Assembly (NCBI GenBank): GCA_965200245.1
Contig: CBDATS010000008.1
Span: 96,001-160,000, forward strand
Direction: 5' to 3'
From: a bacterium
GTDB lineage: Bacteria > UBA8248
Length of the DNA stretch: 64,000 nt
Made by a program: the position numbers and the translations under genes. The notes beneath the pieces are model-generated. The model did no database searches. It had not been told where the DNA came from and saw only the letters and a program-made list of their open reading frames with translations. The stretch's first letter is position 1. Each line of letters starts with the position of its first letter. Of the stretch, positions 58,191 to 64,000 are shown in pieces.

Positions 58191-58402
58191 TCGCTCTTGG
58201 ATATGGAGGAGTGATCCTGCCTTTCAAAAGAGCCGGAATGCGGTTTCTTCTGAAGCAAACGCCCGAGAGAAAACAGAATGACAGCGGAACCTAAAATGGC
58301 GAGTTGAATGACATAGGCGGAGGGATTCAAAACGCCAATGAGCAAGGCGACACCACAGTCCACCATGGCGAGAATCTGAAGCGCTCGTCCCAGGCCATAC
58401 AT
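58187..58402 (-). CDS. Small two-TM membrane protein
   Basis: MYGLGRALQILAMVDCGVALLIG... 71 aa; start overlaps the aspC stop. Confidence 0.6.
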   Translation of the reverse strand: MYGLGRALQILAMVDCGVALLIGVLNPSAYVIQLAILGSAVILFSLGRLLQKKPHSGSFERQDHSSISKSE

Positions 58403-59598
58403 CAACCCAGTTGTCCCAAGGCCGCCCGGATACGCTCGATGCCCTCTTTTATGTTTTCCAAGGAAGTCGCGTAGGAGAACCGTACGTAGTCGTCGGCGCC
58501 GAATCCTGCGCCGGGAACACCTGCACATTGGGCGTGTTCGAGGAGATAGAGCCCCACGTCCATTGAATTTCTTAATACTCCGTCGGGTCCCTGACGCCCG
58601 AATATGCCGCTCACGCGGGGAAAGGCGTAGAACGCGCCTTTGGGATTCACGACGCTCAGCCCCTCAATAGAGTTGAATCCCTCGACGATCGTCTTTCTTC
58701 TCGCGTCGTATTGCGCCAGCCATTCGTTGAGGAAGCTGTGTGACCCTCTAAGTGCAGCGACTCCGCCGTATTGAGCGAAGGAGGTGGCGTTGCTCGTACT
58801 CTGGCCCTGAAGCGTGTCCATGGCCTCGATGATTTCAGAGTTCGCGAGAGTATAGCCCATCCGCCAGCCCGTCATCGCGTAGGTTTTTGAAAACCCGTCC
58901 AGAACGAGGGTGCGTGCCTTCATCTCCGGAGAAAAACTGGCGATCGACACGTGTTCTTCACCGTCATAGTTAATTTTTCCGTAAATTTCATCGGACATGA
59001 CCATCGCGTCGGTGGACAGTACCACCTCGGCTATCGCTTCCAACTCCGCGCGGCTGTATACGCAGCCTGAAGGATTGCACGGGCTGTTGATCACCACGAT
59101 TTTCGTGCGCTCAGAGACGGCCTCGCGCAACTGCTCGGCTGACATCTTGTGGCCGTTTTCCTCGCTAGTCTGTACCAGAACTGGCTTCGCCCCTGTCAGG
59201 GTGGCAACAGGCTCGTACGCTACCCAAATAGGTGCCGGAATGACGACCTCATCGCCTTCCTCGACGAGGACATGCAATGCGTTGAAAACCGATTGCTTCC
59301 CGCCCACGGTGACGATTATGTCCGTCTTCGGGTCATACCGGAGGCCCTTGTGCTCCTCCACCCAATCGCCAATCGCTTCCCTGAGAGCGGGGATGCCCCG
59401 GACCGCCGTATATTTCGTGGCGCCGTCGTGCAGCCCCTGAATGGCTCCTTCCTTGATGTGTTCGGGAGTATCGAAATCGGGTTCTCCGGCGGCGAACGAG
59501 ATGACGTCGATGCCCTGTGCCTTCATTTCCGCCGCCTTGGTGTTCATCGCCAGTGTGGGAATGGGAGGCAGCTTGCTCATTCGGGATGCAAAACGCAT
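58402..59598 (-). CDS. aspC: PLP-dependent aspartate aminotransferase (class I/II)
   Basis: GEPDFDTP, NSPCNPSG, SDEIY, GFSKTYAMTGWRMG. Confidence 0.92.
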   Translation of the reverse strand: MRFASRMSKLPPIPTLAMNTKAAEMKAQGIDVISFAAGEPDFDTPEHIKEGAIQGLHDGATKYTAVRGIPALREAIGDWVEEHKGLRYDPKTDIIVTVGGKQSVFNALHVLVEEGDEVVIPAPIWVAYEPVATLTGAKPVLVQTSEENGHKMSAEQLREAVSERTKIVVINSPCNPSGCVYSRAELEAIAEVVLSTDAMVMSDEIYGKINYDGEEHVSIASFSPEMKARTLVLDGFSKTYAMTGWRMGYTLANSEIIEAMDTLQGQSTSNATSFAQYGGVAALRGSHSFLNEWLAQYDARRKTIVEGFNSIEGLSVVNPKGAFYAFPRVSGIFGRQGPDGVLRNSMDVGLYLLEHAQCAGVPGAGFGADDYVRFSYATSLENIKEGIERIRAALGQLG

Positions 59599-59626
59599 GA
59601 AAAACTCCAGGGTTTGGAAATGAAAG

Positions 59627-60112
59627 TTAGCTGTGGAACCGCTCTCCGAGAGCTTCCCGCACGGACGCGGATACATGTTCACTTACGTCTCCGCCAAGCG
59701 AGGCGACTTCCTTGATTAGGCTAGAACTGAGGAAACTGTATTGTTCGCTGGGCATCAGGAAAATCGTTTCGATCTCCTCGTTCAGCCTTCTGTTCATGAG
59801 TGTCATCTGCATTTCGTAGTCAAAATCGCTTACGGCGCGAAGCCCGCGAATGATCGCCTGAGCGTTCACTTTCATGGCGAAATCTACGAGCAGTTCACGT
59901 TCGAAACTCCTTACATCGATCTGGTTGGACTCCCTGAATTCCTCGAGGAAAAAATTTTTTCGCTCCTCGAAACTGAACAGAGGAGATTTCGAAGGGTGGA
60001 CCGAAATGGCCACGGTGACTTTTGAGAAAAGCTTCTGGCTCCTGCGAACGACGTCGAAATGCCCCTGCGTTGGCGGATCGAAAGTTCCCGGGTATACCGC
60101 GTGACTTTCCAT
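59627..60112 (-). CDS. coaD: Phosphopantetheine adenylyltransferase
   Basis: YPGTFDPPTQGH, RGLRAVSDFDYE, SSSLIKE. Confidence 0.97.
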   Translation of the reverse strand: MESHAVYPGTFDPPTQGHFDVVRRSQKLFSKVTVAISVHPSKSPLFSFEERKNFFLEEFRESNQIDVRSFERELLVDFAMKVNAQAIIRGLRAVSDFDYEMQMTLMNRRLNEEIETIFLMPSEQYSFLSSSLIKEVASLGGDVSEHVSASVREALGERFHS

Positions 60113-60192
60113 GAACAACAAACCTCAGCAAGGACTCGAGACATTCCCTCTTCAAAGGGATGAGGGCGATTTCCCGCGAAAAATCCGCGTTA

Positions 60193-60222
60193 AACCTAGT
60201 CTCTTTGAATATCTCGTGTCAA
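60193..60222 (-). promoter_or_regulatory. Candidate sigma70 promoter for coaD-aspC
   Basis: Minus strand TTGACA-N18-TAGGTT about 80 nt upstream of coaD. Confidence 0.4.
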
Positions 60223-60367
60223 CTTGATGGAGGAAAACATCCTCGGGGCACTACATGTAAAGTCTGGTCTCGTTACGAAGCCGCCCATCCCCGGATTTGA
60301 GGGGTGATTGAGAAATTCCTGATCGAGTCATGGGAGCATGAACACGTCGGATACTGGACCAGATATC

Positions 60368-60928
60368 CTAGTGTTTCAGGACCTCCCGTACCATATGGCT
60401 AATTTCGGGAAGTATGATTTTTTCCATCCCAGTGCGGCATGCATTCCCGGAGCCTGGAAGCGTCATGATGATAGTATCCTGACAAGTACCCGCCGTCGCA
60501 CGGGTGAGCATGGAGGCTGTGCCGATTTCCTCGAAACTGACGTGGCGGAACAATTCACCGAAGCCGGGCATTTCCTTTTCCAAGAGTGAAACGACGACAT
60601 CGTATGTCGTATCCCGCTTGGTAATGCCCGTCCCCCCATTTGAAATCACTACTTGAATGTCGGGGTTCGAACAAGCCTCGAGCAGGGATTCGCGAATCTG
60701 TGTCGGTTCGTCTTTCACGATGCGGTAAAATGATACTTTGTGACCCATGTCGCTCAGCATGTTCATGATCAATTTGCCGCTCGTGTCGGTTTCTTCCGTG
60801 CGCGTGTCGCTCACCGTGAGCACACCGCAAGTGACGGCATCCGGCCCCTCTGCGCGGTGCTCTTCGTGAGTCATCAGATCTGCCGCCTGCTCGACTTCCC
60901 GGCGAGACGGTCCCTCGCTCTGGTTCAT
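60368..60928 (-). CDS. moaB: Molybdenum cofactor biosynthesis protein MoaB/MogA family
   Basis: LTVSDTRTEETDTSG, NGGTGITKRDTT, LPGS. Confidence 0.9.
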   Translation of the reverse strand: MNQSEGPSRREVEQAADLMTHEEHRAEGPDAVTCGVLTVSDTRTEETDTSGKLIMNMLSDMGHKVSFYRIVKDEPTQIRESLLEACSNPDIQVVISNGGTGITKRDTTYDVVVSLLEKEMPGFGELFRHVSFEEIGTASMLTRATAGTCQDTIIMTLPGSGNACRTGMEKIILPEISHMVREVLKH

Positions 60929-61125
60929 TCTCACCTCCTGCTTTTCGACCTTTCCCGACGTTCTTTTCTATCCGCCATACGGCCCTTGTCTGGAAGAATG
61001 ATCAGCATTGAAAAAAACGAGCGGAAGGGTAATGAAGCATTTTGCATATCCAACCTTTGAAGGCAATGCGTAGTCCCTTCTCTTCACGAGGCGAAAATTT
61101 TATCTTGGGGACTGAATCGCTCGAG

Positions 61126-61162
61126 AAAACAAAAGAGCCGGAGAATTCATTCCCCGGCTCTT
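61126..61162 (-). terminator. Rho-independent terminator after the small lipoprotein gene
   Basis: Minus strand AAGAGCCGGGGAAT-GA-ATTCTCCGGCTCTT hairpin followed by TTGTTTT. Confidence 0.7.
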
Positions 61163-61233
61163 CCCAGGACTTACCATAAACCCTGAGGAGCGAACGCCGA
61201 GACCTTGGTGGGTTCACTACGCGCCCCCGGAAG

Positions 61234-61515
61234 TTATTTCATCATTTTCTTTTTTTTGAAGCCCTTGGCCATCATGCACTCATCAAACTTGCTCACCTTG
61301 TAAGTCGTCTCGGAAGTGATCGCCTCAGGGCCGCCTTTGGCTTTCGCGTCGTACAGGAACTCCGCTTTCATCGCGCAACTCTTGAAGTCCTTCATCGCCT
61401 GATCCGTCTTGACGCCCACACCACGCTTCAACCAAACTTGGTGCTTCGACGTCGTACATCCAGCCACCACGACGACCATTCCAACCACCAGAAAGATACC
61501 AACCATTTTTCGCAT
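61234..61515 (-). CDS. Small basic lipoprotein
   Basis: MRKMVGIFLVVGMVVVVAGC lipobox; two further Cys (DFKSC, ECMMAKGF). Confidence 0.7.
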   Translation of the reverse strand: MRKMVGIFLVVGMVVVVAGCTTSKHQVWLKRGVGVKTDQAMKDFKSCAMKAEFLYDAKAKGGPEAITSETTYKVSKFDECMMAKGFKKKKMMK

Positions 61516-62061
61516 AAGTCGCAATCCCCTTCTAAAATCCATTCCCCGCCTGTCCTCTGCATCCTGCGAGGCCCAAAAGCGTTTCCCTGCAAATAGTACG
61601 CATAACCCCAAATTTACCATTCTATTATCTCGACGTCCAACACAAAATACTCAGATACCCCGCCCGGTCAAAATCAAGTCATTCATGTAGTGATCCTTAT
61701 CTGCGAATTACGCCCATTTCCATTAAATTCCTCAACAGAGAAACGACAGGAAAATCCTGTGAATTTAACGAATCTTATCCAATTCTTTGGAAATATTAGA
61801 ATGAGTCAGAGAATTGTGTCAGCCACCGTACAGGCGATGATCTAGATGATCTAGTTGAGACGAAAGTGCCTCGAAGATGTCTTGGCCAACTTGGAGACGG
61901 TTAGAACGCCGACGGACAAGCCAGCATATCGAAATCCATACGCCAGAACGCCCCCCGTCCGTAGCAATCAAATAAACCAGTGCCAACATTGCAACTGAGA
62001 TTGAATCAGCTTGGATGCAATCTATTCTGACTCGCAAACGCCACGCGTTTATGCGACAGGC

Positions 62062-62847
62062 CTATCCGGCGTCTACCTCTCCCTTGGGCGCATCGTCTCC
62101 GTTCGGCAGATTGTCCACGAATGGCTTGAGCAGGTCGAGCGGAAGCGGGAAAACGATCGTGGAGTTGTTCTCGGTGGCGACTTCCGAGAGAGTCTGCAAG
62201 AAGCGAAGTTGCAGCGCGCCCGGAGCCGTGGCGATATTGGTGGCCGCCTCGGCCAGCCGCTCGCTCGCCTGGTATTCGCCCTCTGCGTGAATGACTTTGG
62301 CGCGACGTTCGCGCTCGGCTTCTGCCTGGCGGGCGATGGCGCGCTGCATCTCGCCGGGAAGGTCTACGTGCTTGAGTTCCACGTTGGTCACCTTGATGCC
62401 CCAAGGGTCGGTGGCGTGATCAAGAAGTTCCTGAAGCTGGGAGTTAATCTTCTCACGCTCCGAGAGCAGATCGTCGAGTTCCATCTGTCCCAGCACGCTT
62501 CTGAGCGTCGTCTGACTCAACTGGCCCGTTGCGTAGAGGAAATCCTCCACCTCAATGACGGCGCGCTCGGGGTTCAGCACACGGAAGTAGACTACGGCGT
62601 TCACTTTTACGGACACGTTGTCCTTTGTGACAATGTCCTGCGGGGGCACGTCCATCGTCACCAGTCGCAAGCCCACGCGAGTCATGCGGTCGATCACCGG
62701 AAGCACGATGATGAGTCCCGGTCCCTTGGTGGAATAGAAACGGCCAAGCCGGAAGACGACGCCGCGCTCGTATTCGTTCAGGACGCGTATGGCGCTCGCC
62801 AGGAATAACAAGACGATAACGACGGCGATGATCAAACTCAGATTCAT
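62062..62847 (-). CDS. SPFH/band 7 (slipin/stomatin-like) protein
   Basis: [33 protein letters not shown]. Confidence 0.95.
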   Translation of the reverse strand: MNLSLIIAVVIVLLFLASAIRVLNEYERGVVFRLGRFYSTKGPGLIIVLPVIDRMTRVGLRLVTMDVPPQDIVTKDNVSVKVNAVVYFRVLNPERAVIEVEDFLYATGQLSQTTLRSVLGQMELDDLLSEREKINSQLQELLDHATDPWGIKVTNVELKHVDLPGEMQRAIARQAEAERERRAKVIHAEGEYQASERLAEAATNIATAPGALQLRFLQTLSEVATENNSTIVFPLPLDLLKPFVDNLPNGDDAPKGEVDAG

Positions 62848-64000
62848 TTATCCACCCTCCTTCTCGACGCGGAGCCTGAGGCCCTCCACCCAGACCACAC
62901 GAACCTTGTCACCGATTGCTAGGGGTTCCTTGGAATCCGCGAGCCATATTTCGCCATGCACCCGTACTTGGGCCGACGATCCTTCCCGGAGCAATGCGCT
63001 TACGACACCCGACTGATCGAGCATTCCCTCCGAACCCGAAACCGGACGCACCCGCTGGGCGCGAAAACCCATACCCACGAGCCAGACGAAGAACATGGCC
63101 GTTCCGGCGACCGCGGGTAGAATCACCTTCAGGCTGATTTGCAGGTAGGGGTCCGGAGAGTCGATGAGCATAACCGAACCGATCGTCATAGCGATGATTC
63201 CGCCGATGGTCAGACCCCCGTAGCTGACCACCTTGATCTCCAGGAGAAACATGATGATGGCTAGTCCCATCAAGAGAAGCCCCACGTAATTCACCGGCAA
63301 GACCTTGAGTGCGTAAAGGGCCAACAGGAGGCTGATGGCACCGACCACGCCTGGAAGTATAGAGCCTGGATTCGAAAGCTCGAAGAACAGTCCGTACATC
63401 CCAAGCAGCATCAGGATGTAGGCGATGTTGGGATCGCTCAACAGGGTGAGTACCTTTTGCCGCAAGCTACGCTCAAGGGTTATTTGCTGGGCGCCTTTTG
63501 TCGAGAGGGTGACAGTGGTGCCGCCTTCGATCTTGATCTTTTTCCCATGAACCGCCAGGAGAAGCGACCGCACATCCGTGACCACGAGGTCGATGACCTT
63601 TTGCTTCAGTGCTTCGGCCTCATCCACGGATATCGCCTCACGGACCGCGCTCTCCGCCCATTCTGTATTTCGCCCGGTACGTAAAGCTACCGCTCGCGCG
63701 AAAGCGGCCACATCGTTCATCGCTTTTTTGCGCATATCGCCCTGAATCTGCTTTCCCCCGCCCGAGACGGGAGAAGCCGCACCGATGTTTGTCCCCGGTG
63801 CCATGGCGGCGATGTGGGCCGACATGGTTATGAAGGTGCCCGCCGAGGCGGCCCGCGCCCCTCCCGGAGCGACGTACACCGCCACTGGAACGTTAGAGCC
63901 AAAAATCGCCTGTACGATATCGCGCGTGCTGGTGACGAGACCGCCGGGAGTATCGAGGCGAATGACGAGAAGCTGCGCCTTTCTTCTGGTTGCCTCTTCG
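62848..64000 (-). CDS. nfeD: NfeD-like membrane-bound serine protease, 5' end outside the window
   Basis: LDTPGGLV (manual), RAASAG, TNIGAASP, TM bundle, C-terminal OB fold (VHGEIW); paired with slipin. Confidence 0.92.
   Translation of the reverse strand, partial: EEATRRKAQLLVIRLDTPGGLVTSTRDIVQAIFGSNVPVAVYVAPGGARAASAGTFITMSAHIAAMAPGTNIGAASPVSGGGKQIQGDMRKKAMNDVAAFARAVALRTGRNTEWAESAVREAISVDEAEALKQKVIDLVVTDVRSLLLAVHGKKIKIEGGTTVTLSTKGAQQITLERSLRQKVLTLLSDPNIAYILMLLGMYGLFFELSNPGSILPGVVGAISLLLALYALKVLPVNYVGLLLMGLAIIMFLLEIKVVSYGGLTIGGIIAMTIGSVMLIDSPDPYLQISLKVILPAVAGTAMFFVWLVGMGFRAQRVRPVSGSEGMLDQSGVVSALLREGSSAQVRVHGEIWLADSKEPLAIGDKVRVVWVEGLRLRVEKEGG

Noticed and set aside
61819-62037. 72 aa minus-strand ORF after the slipin gene
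   Set aside because: No clear ribosome-binding site or recognisable motif

Overview
A 64 kb stretch of GC-rich bacterial chromosome, mostly minus-strand core genes: trmD-rimM-rpsP-ffh; def-fmt-rsmB-PASTA-rpe; rplM-rpsI-argC-argJ-rpsB-tsf-pyrH-frr-uppS-cdsA-dxr-pgpA-cinA-thpR-recA; dnaE-lipB-exbB-exbD; mutL-guaB-guaA; tyrS (plus strand); moaB, coaD-aspC; nfeD-slipin. Gene order resembles Nitrospinota/Nitrospirota/deltaproteobacterial-type diderms (inference only). Accessory patches lie at about 20.4-22.3 kb, 28.7-30.7 kb and 36.2-53.9 kb. They hold an orphan DctP, a His/Met-rich exported protein, a lyase-like lipoprotein, a haloalkane dehalogenase, an oxidoreductase cluster and an orphan DUF2877 gene. 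They also hold a MoxR-type AAA+ ATPase next to a large uncharacterised partner gene that is split by a -1 frameshift at an A7 run (A_AAA_AAC). That MoxR module is the best candidate for an undescribed system. Several decayed genes not obvious from the ORF track were reconstructed by hand: a UDP-sugar dehydrogenase, a CitE-like C-terminus and an outer-membrane beta-barrel. No rRNA, tRNA, CRISPR array, integrase or transposase was recognised. All family calls come from motif recognition by eye; no searches were run.
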